Shown here piece after piece: positions 46,923-54,615 of a stretch of DNA of 54,615 nucleotides (its first letter is position 1; each line of letters opens with the position of its first letter). The DNA is taken from IMG/VR virus record IMGVR_UViG_3300033067_000445, positions 1 to 54,615 of that record. The stretch is one strand, 5' to 3'. Under the pieces are notes generated by a model. It saw nothing but the letters and a program-made list of their open reading frames with translations, did no database searches and was not told where the DNA came from. A program made the position numbers and the translations under genes. Source of the stretch: a virus (lineage: Duplodnaviria > Caudoviricetes).

Positions 46923-48911
46923 CTATTCTTTGAGATAGGCAATGTCCCGAAGCATCCGTTCAGCCTCTCTTTCATACCAATCATAATCGACATCTTGTGG
47001 GAACACCGTAGGCAAGTCCATCAGCGGTCGCGCACCTTCGCTCCTGGGTACTTTGTTCCCGCTGTCCGCATACACAATTTCACCGTCCTCACCTGCCTTG
47101 TAATACCAGCGAATGGACTTGCCCAGGAAGGTTCCATCCTTCACCGCGCCACCCTTAACGGTACGCACTGACACGAACTTGCGAATGTCTGTGCAGCTCC
47201 GAATTGTGTGGTGCAGGGGTGCGCCCTTTGTTAGCAGTGCAATGACTGCATCGACACAGATCTGGTTCGTCGGGTTCTTGTGAAGCTGGTCGGAGGGCTT
47301 CTCCGGGCTCGCATAGGCGCCTTTCGTCTTGACCTTGCCGTCGGGTTTCACTGCAATGTAGTTATTCACGTCACGCGAATAGACTGCTGTGTAGGTTGTT
47401 TCCTCGGTCTCGAACGCTGTGTCCTGTTCCCACTGTTTAATGATCGCTTCCATCTCTGCGTGGCGCACCTTGGGACACTTGATCACGATGCCGTCCGTGT
47501 TGGCGCTGACCACATTGATTCCGCGTATCTCCAACCTCTCGATCAGCATCAGCAAGGATAGCTGACCTGTCACCGTTACCTGAATCAACAGGTCAGGGGA
47601 ATACAAGACAGACCACTTGCTTCCGAGCTTACCGAACGAACCGTTGATCGTAATCTTGAGGGAGTCCGCGACGACCTTGTTCCCTGCACGCTTGGCGTCC
47701 AGACGCTTATTCACAAGCTGCTGATAGACGCGAAGGAAGTTTGTGCTGAGGTGATGCGGGTACAGGCCCAAGTTCAAGATGATTGCAGGGTAGTACGAGG
47801 TGACGTCCCTATCAACGATGATAGTGTGGTCATCTGCTTTATGCGCTGTGCATTGCTCGGAGCTGTGCAGCCCACCAATTCCCATTCGGTAGATGCCACC
47901 AGCGATCTGTAGCTTGAGCTCTTTGAGCTCTGCAGGCATACCGATGTTCCCGTCCTCGCTCACAATGAAGTCAGCTTGACGAACAATGTCGAGCGCCCAG
48001 TTCATAAGCGGTGACTCGTACTTAATGAACGTGGGCACCCTGTACCGATAGCGCGTCCCAGGCTCAATCGTTGGGCGCTGCACCCTGCACCCGTTCAGCT
48101 TCTCGATCTCCTGGGCAATCACGGACTCAGCAATCTGTGCATCGGACTTAGAACGCAGATCCACCCCGTATTCGGCGCTGAGGGTTTCCCGGAGGGAAAT
48201 CTGTTCCTTCAAAGACTCATGCAGAATGGCGGTGTTAGTCAAGTCGTTCACGCAATACCAGCGAACGATCGCAATCTGTTCTTCGCTCAGGAATGTTTCA
48301 GGGTGGAATGGTAGATCCTGCATCTTGGGGGCGTGCAACCTGCCACCGTAGATTTTCAGGCTTGCCCTCAGTGGTGCAACCTCGATCAGGTCAATGTGAT
48401 CTACTTGGAGCTTCTTGACCTTGTATTGTTTCAGCACGTCAGAAGGTCTTGCACCTTCCAAAATAATCTGGTTCGTTGCGTGCTTCAGCAATGCGTTCGG
48501 CTTACCTGCCAGCGCGAGGGCGGTGATTGGTAAGTCGAAGTTGATACTATTGAACCCGACAGTCGTAAAGTTCTGCATCACCCACAGCATCTTGGCGACG
48601 TCCAAACCCCTTGAGGGTGTCATCTCGAAATAGATCACCTTGCCCGAAACAATGGAAGTGAACGCGGCCAGAAAGTAGTTCTCATAGACCTCAATGTCAA
48701 ATATGAGCCTTTCGCGGTTCATGCACGCTTGCACCAGTTCGTGATCAGTGAACAATGGTACAGGGAACAGACGCGCCTGCTCTAGCCCTGGCAGGTAGTC
48801 GGGGCGCTCCCATGTACGCTCAGGAGGTGTTCGCTTTGGCTTTTCAGCCTTAGGGGGCTTGACGACTGGCATGTCCTGCCAGAAGAAGCCGATTGAATCA
48901 CTGCGAGCCAT
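46923..48911 (-). CDS. DNA polymerase (family B-like) with 3'-5' exonuclease
   Basis: FDIE, GFNSINFD, YCVND; DVTSYYP, KITINGSFGK, SANTDG. Confidence 0.92.
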   Translation of the reverse strand: MARSDSIGFFWQDMPVVKPPKAEKPKRTPPERTWERPDYLPGLEQARLFPVPLFTDHELVQACMNRERLIFDIEVYENYFLAAFTSIVSGKVIYFEMTPSRGLDVAKMLWVMQNFTTVGFNSINFDLPITALALAGKPNALLKHATNQIILEGARPSDVLKQYKVKKLQVDHIDLIEVAPLRASLKIYGGRLHAPKMQDLPFHPETFLSEEQIAIVRWYCVNDLTNTAILHESLKEQISLRETLSAEYGVDLRSKSDAQIAESVIAQEIEKLNGCRVQRPTIEPGTRYRYRVPTFIKYESPLMNWALDIVRQADFIVSEDGNIGMPAELKELKLQIAGGIYRMGIGGLHSSEQCTAHKADDHTIIVDRDVTSYYPAIILNLGLYPHHLSTNFLRVYQQLVNKRLDAKRAGNKVVADSLKITINGSFGKLGSKWSVLYSPDLLIQVTVTGQLSLLMLIERLEIRGINVVSANTDGIVIKCPKVRHAEMEAIIKQWEQDTAFETEETTYTAVYSRDVNNYIAVKPDGKVKTKGAYASPEKPSDQLHKNPTNQICVDAVIALLTKGAPLHHTIRSCTDIRKFVSVRTVKGGAVKDGTFLGKSIRWYYKAGEDGEIVYADSGNKVPRSEGARPLMDLPTVFPQDVDYDWYEREAERMLRDIAYLKE

Positions 48912-49864
48912 TATTTGTGCATCCCAATGATTGCACCACGCAATCTGTCTCCGAAGAACATGCACGGGCCTGGATACATGGTCCAGTCTATTTTCGACAC
49001 GGGGCCGTCAAGCAGGCCCAGCATCTCGAAGCTATAGACGCCCTCGTGCTGTAGGTCGGGCACTTCGTAACTCGCACCCTCGTTCGGTTCTACGTGAGTG
49101 CTGAGCATACCATCGCCAAAGAATATGCGGCCCAGCTTGTCTGTGAAAGGTTTGACAGACTGTAGCGCAGTGAATAATCGCGGGTCAATTGGTAGCGGGT
49201 TTGACGGTCTGTCTAACACTTTGGCAAGATTGGGCCACTCTACGCTATAAAGCTGAGTCCGAATCCAGCGTCCGTCGCTGTAGTGGAAGGTGATGCTATT
49301 GTCCGTCACTTGAGCGGAAACGGGAGCTTCGTTGATTCGTAGCATTTCTTTGACGCAAGCTCGGGGCACGTTGAGCCGTTTCGGGAAGGTGTGGCCAAGC
49401 CAATACTCTGCCAGAATGATGTTGTTTGTTGCGAACAAGCTCTGTCCGTCCAGCAGGACACCATTCGACCATGGACGGGACGCATCGTCTCCAATGAACG
49501 GAGCCACGGTCTTTAGCCCGTCCAGTAGCGCCTGCCCATTCAGCTCAACTGGTTCACCCTCGGGCTCAACGTGAGGGGTGTCGCCTTCAATGCAGTCAAC
49601 GAACGCCTTGAACGCACCGGAGCGAATGCTAAGTCTGCCAGCGGGTGTCATGCTCAACTGCACCGTGTCTGTGCAGTTTGCAATGGCACGGACTAGGGGC
49701 TCAGCTTTAGGCTTGCAAGAAATGTCGAAGGGGATAGGGCTGCACAGCGCCAGCGTCCCGTTATACCCTCGCACGCGACCGTCGTCAATTACAAAGTGAG
49801 TTAGAGCGGGCAGGAAATCTTTCTTGGCGACCGCCCCCATGGCGAATTTCAGTTTGGATAACAT
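48911..49864 (-). CDS. DNA sliding clamp (DnaN/beta-like)
   Basis: 317 aa next to the polymerase; DASRPWSNGVLL, ATN; clamp-like pattern. Confidence 0.7.
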   Translation of the reverse strand: MLSKLKFAMGAVAKKDFLPALTHFVIDDGRVRGYNGTLALCSPIPFDISCKPKAEPLVRAIANCTDTVQLSMTPAGRLSIRSGAFKAFVDCIEGDTPHVEPEGEPVELNGQALLDGLKTVAPFIGDDASRPWSNGVLLDGQSLFATNNIILAEYWLGHTFPKRLNVPRACVKEMLRINEAPVSAQVTDNSITFHYSDGRWIRTQLYSVEWPNLAKVLDRPSNPLPIDPRLFTALQSVKPFTDKLGRIFFGDGMLSTHVEPNEGASYEVPDLQHEGVYSFEMLGLLDGPVSKIDWTMYPGPCMFFGDRLRGAIIGMHK

Positions 49865-50788
49865 CTAAAAGAGCTCCTGGATTCGGTTTGTGAATTGTTC
49901 GTAATTGTTTTGAGCGTTCATCATTTCGTTAATGACGCCATATCCCCATAGGTTAAACGCGGCACGCGATTCATAGACAGTTGACAGGCGCTCATAAGTA
50001 AACCCCTCGCGTTCCAACATCTGCAGAACGAGGTCTTGTTCGATCGCTGTCAACGTGCTGACGTGCTGACCCGCATCATGCCTGGCAGGTGACTTCTCTG
50101 ACACGGACAGCGGCCCCCATTGCGGTGTCACAATACTACCGAAGGCAGCAGATTGGATCCAGGAAGACGAGTCAACCGAATACCATGGATATCGCTCCAT
50201 GATTGGTACAGCGGTGATCCCGAACCCGTGTACCTTGAGGCGAGGGCGCCCACTCCCGTCGGTCAGGTAGCGTTCCCACATACGATCCAACCAGATGCAG
50301 AGCTGCTTCGTAGAACTTCCGACCATACCTCCGAGGGTAATGTATTCATAGTTCTGAACGTAATACTCAAGATATCGTTCGTCTTCACCAGCGTGGAAAC
50401 ACGGTAAAGGCTTGGCCCCGAGTTGCTCCATTGCCATCTGGTTCTGCCACGTCTTTAACGGGTCACCAATACCGTCCAGCACGGACGCCATGACCACACC
50501 GTCTTCCACGCGCCAAAGGTCCATGTTCCGCTTGATATAATCGCAGTATGTAGGCAGGTCAATATCTACGCCCAAGGTGAACGCGGAGAACGCACCTGAG
50601 TCAAGAAAAACTTTGGCATCGTCTGCACGCATCTGGTCGATAAACTTCTGCGACCCGATATAGTGGTAAGACTCAAGGATATTGGGAATCTGGTGAACGA
50701 TCTCACGCTCACGGTCGTTCAGCTTTAGATAGCGGTTCTGTCCCTTCATATAGGAGTTCGTATAAACCGCGGCACAGTAAAGATGCAT
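49865..50788 (-). CDS. dpdA: 7-deazaguanine DNA transglycosylase (TGT fold)
   Basis: FLDSGAFSA, PCFHAGE, LGGMV, VHGFG, YPWYSVDSSSW; clustered with que genes. Confidence 0.82.
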   Translation of the reverse strand: MHLYCAAVYTNSYMKGQNRYLKLNDREREIVHQIPNILESYHYIGSQKFIDQMRADDAKVFLDSGAFSAFTLGVDIDLPTYCDYIKRNMDLWRVEDGVVMASVLDGIGDPLKTWQNQMAMEQLGAKPLPCFHAGEDERYLEYYVQNYEYITLGGMVGSSTKQLCIWLDRMWERYLTDGSGRPRLKVHGFGITAVPIMERYPWYSVDSSSWIQSAAFGSIVTPQWGPLSVSEKSPARHDAGQHVSTLTAIEQDLVLQMLEREGFTYERLSTVYESRAAFNLWGYGVINEMMNAQNNYEQFTNRIQELF

Positions 50789-50802
50789 CTGTCTCTCCAT
50801 TC

Positions 50803-50834
50803 GTAAGTGCAGGGCCAGCAGGCCCTGCACTTAC
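50803..50834. promoter_or_regulatory. 14-bp stem hairpin between folE and dpdA
   Basis: GTAAGTGCAGGGCC-AGCA-GGCCCTGCACTTAC, next to the dpdA RBS. Confidence 0.55.
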
Positions 50835-50856
50835 CTACATTTTAACGCCCGGCGGG

Positions 50857-51762
50857 TTAATGAGCAAGCCGAAGGAATTCAGCTCGCGCCTGCTCGTCGT
50901 CCTTGATAGCGCCACGAAGAGCTGTGGTCAGTGTGTGGTGTCCTTGCTGGCAGATGCCACGGGATTCCATGCAGAGGTGACGCGCCTTAATCAACACGCC
51001 GACGCCCACGGGTTGTAAGTGTTCCATGAGTGCATCTGCGATCTGGTCTGTCAGTCGCTCCTGCACTTGCAAACGACGGGCAAACATATCCGCAAGGCGT
51101 GACAATTTGCTCAAGCCTGCGATCTTACCGTTCGGGATGTAAGCGATGCTCACTGTGCCGAAGATAGGCGCCAAGTGGTGTTCGCAATGCGAATAGATGG
51201 GGATGTCCTTGACGATCACCATCTGGTCATATTTCTCTGCACCATCTTCGAACACCTTCAAGATGTCCTTTGCGTTCTTACCATAGCCACCGCACCAGTG
51301 GCGCCACGCTTTGGCGACCCGTGCAGGAGTTTCCAGGAGCCCTTCGCGGGTGGAATCTTCGCCGACGAATTGCAACAGACGGACAATGTTGTCTTCGATA
51401 GAACCTGCTCCATCTTGCTCCCAAGGAAACACGAGCCACTGATTGTGATAAGGGCCTTCCTCGCGCTTGTCGATGAGTGCAAAGAAAGGACGCTCAGGGT
51501 ACTGGTCGCAGTAACGCTCGCAAGTAGAACCGCTGTCGATCAAGTCGTCAATGAACAACTCCGCGTCAGCAGGGTTGTCAACGAGCAGCAAACCGGGCAC
51601 CAATGGGGCCAGCAGGTACGCAACAGGCACGCCGCCACGTGGTACTGCATACGCTGCCAAACGTCGCCCAGCGGGCCCGCTTGCGCCGTATGCCACGATT
51701 TGCTTTGCGAGTGCGGCGGCAAGTGTGCCGATTGTTTCATGGGTGAGGGTAATCTGTTTCAT
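50857..51762 (-). CDS. folE: GTP cyclohydrolase I with an N-terminal phosphoribosyltransferase-like domain
   Basis: C-term REGLLETPARV, CEHHLAP, GLSKL.R, RLQVQERLT, HLCMESRG; N-term VPRGG, FIDDLIDSGST, WLVFPWE. Confidence 0.92.
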   Translation of the reverse strand: MKQITLTHETIGTLAAALAKQIVAYGASGPAGRRLAAYAVPRGGVPVAYLLAPLVPGLLLVDNPADAELFIDDLIDSGSTCERYCDQYPERPFFALIDKREEGPYHNQWLVFPWEQDGAGSIEDNIVRLLQFVGEDSTREGLLETPARVAKAWRHWCGGYGKNAKDILKVFEDGAEKYDQMVIVKDIPIYSHCEHHLAPIFGTVSIAYIPNGKIAGLSKLSRLADMFARRLQVQERLTDQIADALMEHLQPVGVGVLIKARHLCMESRGICQQGHHTLTTALRGAIKDDEQARAEFLRLAH

Positions 51763-51772
51763 GTGACGGTCC

Positions 51773-52192
51773 TTAGAGTGAGAAAGATGCGCTGCATTTG
51801 CGGGTCTCTTCCACAATGCAATTGACGAGGGTGATGCCTGTGCCCGCAAGCTGCTGAGGAGCGATCACCTTGACCAGATGCTCAGCGACGTTTTCAGCAG
51901 TAGGGTTGAATGGCACAATGACCACAGACGGGTCGATGGTGATCAGTGACTGTGCAAGCGGGTCACCTTCCCAGATGAGCATCTTGTGATCCCAATTGTC
52001 TTCGAGCCACATGCACAGACGCGCCTTGATGTCGCTGAAGTCAATCACGCGCCCCACAGTGTCGAGCTTGTCAGCTTCGCAGTGGAAATGGACGCGGTAG
52101 TTATGTCCGTGAAGGTGACGACATTTGCCTTCGTGACCGTGAACACGGTGTCCGCAGGAAATGTCGTGATATCGTTGGGCTTGCCAGGTCAT
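51773..52192 (-). CDS. queD: 6-carboxy-tetrahydropterin synthase
   Basis: GHRV...CRHLHGHNY, IDFSDIK, NPTAENVA, VEET. Confidence 0.93.
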   Translation of the reverse strand: MTWQAQRYHDISCGHRVHGHEGKCRHLHGHNYRVHFHCEADKLDTVGRVIDFSDIKARLCMWLEDNWDHKMLIWEGDPLAQSLITIDPSVVIVPFNPTAENVAEHLVKVIAPQQLAGTGITLVNCIVEETRKCSASFSL

Positions 52193-53574
52193 TGCTTTTC
52201 TCCTTGTTGGCCGTCAGTATATTGAATGACTTCGGGCAGGTTGTTAATCTCAAACGCTTTGCGTCGCATGTAGCACGGTCCGCAAGTTCCGCAGTGCAGC
52301 TCACCGGCACGGTAGCAGCTCCACGTCAGGTCCATAGGTGCGCCCAATTGGTTGCCCAGCGCGACAATCTCATGCTTCATAAGGTTGCCAACAGGCATTA
52401 TCACACGCATCCGCTTTCCATCACCAACGGCGAAAGAAAGAAGGTCGTTGAAGCGTGCAATGAACTCAGGCTCGTTGTCAGGGTAGGCACCAGCTTCCTC
52501 AAGGTTGTTTCCAAGAACGATAGTGCTGATTCCGCGTGCCTCTGCAAAGGCTGTGGCAACACTTAACAGAAGCAAGTTCCGGGCAGGAACCCATTCGTGG
52601 GCAAACTCAGCACCAGCTTCACCGCCCGCGACCTTGCTGTCAGGGTCAAGCAACGGTGAGTCACCCTTTGAATAGACGTTCAGTGGGAACAGTGTCAGCT
52701 CCGCGTCTAGTGCTTCAGCGACCGCTTGCACCGCCTTCACTTCGGGGCCTTCTGCGCGACTACCGTACAGGAAGTGAATAAGGTGAACACCCATGCCCAG
52801 CGCCTGCTTCACATATGCAGCACTGACCACACTATCCAGGCCACCGCTACACACCACAAGAGCTCGTTCGTCTAGTCCCGGCTTGTAAAGCGAATCCGAA
52901 ACGATATCACCAGACGCGGTGAAGCGTGCAACGGTATAGGGCGTCAACATGCGGGGCGCCCATTGCGAAGGCAGGTAGTCCCGAGCACTTGCGAAGAAGT
53001 ACCCGTAAGGCGTGTCGACGTACCAGACAGGACGATAGTTCGCTGCGACGTACATGGTGTCGGTTTGTCCGTCAAAGGTAGCGAGAATCGCGAAGCTGCC
53101 TTTCAGTTTGCGCACCACTTCGGCAAAGCTCTCCAGCGTAGGCGGCAAGGGGGCCAGCTGCTCGGCGATCGCTGCGCTGTCAATGGTAGTGGGAAGGCTA
53201 CCCGTGCGAAGCGCCTTGTCGTTGGCGATGGTGCCATTATGCACGATAGTCCATGGGCCGTCTGTGTAGGGCTGCTGATCAGTGAGACGTTTCTCCAAGA
53301 CGAACTCGGTCGTGGGCTCAGCGCGAAGGTTCCCCACGACCACAGCAGAGCGGCAGGGTTTGAACAGGATAGGAGGGCGAACGCGGAAACCATCGCTTCG
53401 GGAGGTCTCACGGTAGGACTGAGACTCGTCTTCGCTGCTCGAGTTGATGACATACCCGCGACCGTCACGTCCACGCTCGTGGCTCTTGGTCCAGATGCTG
53501 TCCAAGATCACATTGACTTCTTCCATCTGGTTAGCGTCCAAACGACGCACCAGTGCTCCGACTATTGAACACAT
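52189..53574 (-). CDS. queC: Gat-QueC: class II glutamine amidotransferase fused to preQ0 synthase
   Basis: N-terminal MC, RGRDG, HNGTI; SGGLDS, VPARN, YPD, SCY...CGTCGPC. Confidence 0.93.
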   Translation of the reverse strand: MCSIVGALVRRLDANQMEEVNVILDSIWTKSHERGRDGRGYVINSSSEDESQSYRETSRSDGFRVRPPILFKPCRSAVVVGNLRAEPTTEFVLEKRLTDQQPYTDGPWTIVHNGTIANDKALRTGSLPTTIDSAAIAEQLAPLPPTLESFAEVVRKLKGSFAILATFDGQTDTMYVAANYRPVWYVDTPYGYFFASARDYLPSQWAPRMLTPYTVARFTASGDIVSDSLYKPGLDERALVVCSGGLDSVVSAAYVKQALGMGVHLIHFLYGSRAEGPEVKAVQAVAEALDAELTLFPLNVYSKGDSPLLDPDSKVAGGEAGAEFAHEWVPARNLLLLSVATAFAEARGISTIVLGNNLEEAGAYPDNEPEFIARFNDLLSFAVGDGKRMRVIMPVGNLMKHEIVALGNQLGAPMDLTWSCYRAGELHCGTCGPCYMRRKAFEINNLPEVIQYTDGQQGEKQ

Positions 53575-53577
53575 AGA

Positions 53578-54321
53578 TCACTCCATTCCGATGTATTTGT
53601 GGGTCTGCAATTGCAGAACGAAACCGTGTTGAATTACATTCACGACACACTCGTCCACGTTGAGCCTGTTCTGCCTGTCGTCCTTGTCATCGCAAGGTTG
53701 CAAATAGATTGGCCCTTTGTATGCTTCCGGAGGTCGCGCCAGGAACGGGTGGGCAGTGTGGTCAAGCGCACGTGAAGGCAGACCGTCATCCATGGTGTCG
53801 CCGCAGGTTGCGACGTACTTGAAAGCGCACGCAATGGCACCGATCACAGGATTCACTTTTCCGGTCTTGGGACTGCACACGACAAACACTGCATCACGAC
53901 GGGTCGTGTCTTTAGCGCAAAGCTCAAGGAATGCAATGTTAGGAGGTGCCAGCGTGCCGTTAGTTTCAATCTGAACGAAGAAACCCGCTTTGAGCAAAGC
54001 CTCGCACAGCGGAAAGATGTCTTGCCGAAAAGGTTCACCGCCTGTAATGACCACGAGCCTGAGGCCTGATCCCTGCGACCATGTCTGCGCCGCTCGCACC
54101 AGCATGTCGACTGGAATGCGCTCGCGAGTCGACGTGTAGTCTGTGTCGCATTTAGGACATTGGAGGTTGCACCCTGCAAGGCGAATGAACAGTGCAGGGA
54201 ATCCGGTGAAGGGGCCTTCACCTTGAATGGTACGGAAGACGGAATGTACGTCTAGCGCACCGTCGGCAGGGGTGTCAAGTCCTGGGACTTGTCGTTTTTC
54301 AATGGGTTGATTGTTCATCAA
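53578..54321 (-). CDS. queE: 7-carboxy-7-deazaguanine synthase (radical SAM)
   Basis: TIQGEG, GCNLQCPKCDT, TGGEP, IETNG, LQTHK. Confidence 0.95.
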   Translation of the reverse strand: MMNNQPIEKRQVPGLDTPADGALDVHSVFRTIQGEGPFTGFPALFIRLAGCNLQCPKCDTDYTSTRERIPVDMLVRAAQTWSQGSGLRLVVITGGEPFRQDIFPLCEALLKAGFFVQIETNGTLAPPNIAFLELCAKDTTRRDAVFVVCSPKTGKVNPVIGAIACAFKYVATCGDTMDDGLPSRALDHTAHPFLARPPEAYKGPIYLQPCDDKDDRQNRLNVDECVVNVIQHGFVLQLQTHKYIGME

Positions 54322-54367
54322 GGCTCCGATAGGTTGCGGGCATTGCCCGGAGGTTGCGGATTAGTCC

Positions 54368-54394
54368 AAAAACAAGGCGCCTGAGCGCCTTGTT
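54368..54394 (-). terminator. Rho-independent terminator
   Basis: AACAAGGCGC/GCGCCTTGTT stem followed by a T-run on the minus strand. Confidence 0.7.
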
Positions 54395-54429
54395 ATGGGG
54401 TAGCAGAGAGCAGTTTAACGCTCTGCGGG

Positions 54430-54615
54430 TTACGCGGCAGCTTGAGCCGTTTCCGTAGCAGCCGGAGCAGGCTTGCTCACGCGACCTTCAATGCCGTGGA
54501 ACTTCTTCCAGCGAGCGTATTCGGTGCGGATGTTGCCAGCGTTCAGACCGCGAGCTTCGCCCACAGGCAGCGCATCGCCGACAGGGACGGGTTGGCCCAG
54601 CTTGGAGCTCAGCTC
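54430..54615 (-). CDS. C-terminal part of an early protein carrying the paralogous domain (enters from the right edge)
   Basis: Read by hand: ELSSKLGQPVPVGDALPVGEARGLNAGNIRTEYARWKKFHGIEGRVSK...*. Confidence 0.75.
   Translation of the reverse strand, partial: ELSSKLGQPVPVGDALPVGEARGLNAGNIRTEYARWKKFHGIEGRVSKPAPAATETAQAAA

Noticed and set aside
1-54615. Direct circular closure or terminal repeats
   Set aside because: No shared terminal sequence was seen and the direct join is out of frame

Overview
The window is a nearly complete genome of a lytic-looking siphovirus-type dsDNA phage; no integrase or CI-like repressor was recognised. It has three parts. (1) A minus-strand early/replication arm at about 1-15.8 kb: SF2 helicase, Cas4-like nuclease, SSB, Sak4-like ATPase, Toprim protein, ligase, ThyX and primase. 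(2) A plus-strand arm at 16.6-44.3 kb: class II RNR, resolvase, terminase, portal-MuF fusion, head, tail with a GTA-like tip, and lysis genes. (3) A second minus-strand arm at 44.3-54.6 kb: early genes, DNA polymerase, sliding clamp and a complete 7-deazaguanine DNA-modification cluster (queE, gat-queC, queD, PRTase-folE, dpdA). The two ends appear to be the N- and C-terminal parts of one gene with a gap between them. The most unusual feature is a 1027-bp insertion (605-1631) with no recombinase. It precisely splits an early gene at a duplicated 5-bp core (ATCAC), carries perfect 38-bp inverted repeats, and holds a strong promoter with a palindromic operator, two small unknown genes and an HTH gene, which is the layout of an acr-aca anti-defence operon. 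Other notable items are a PRTase-FolE fusion, four paralogues of an unknown early-protein domain, a deletion scar fusing two early genes, a domain shared by the tail tube and tail tip proteins, and a candidate structured ncRNA. All calls come from reading motifs by eye; no database searches were run.
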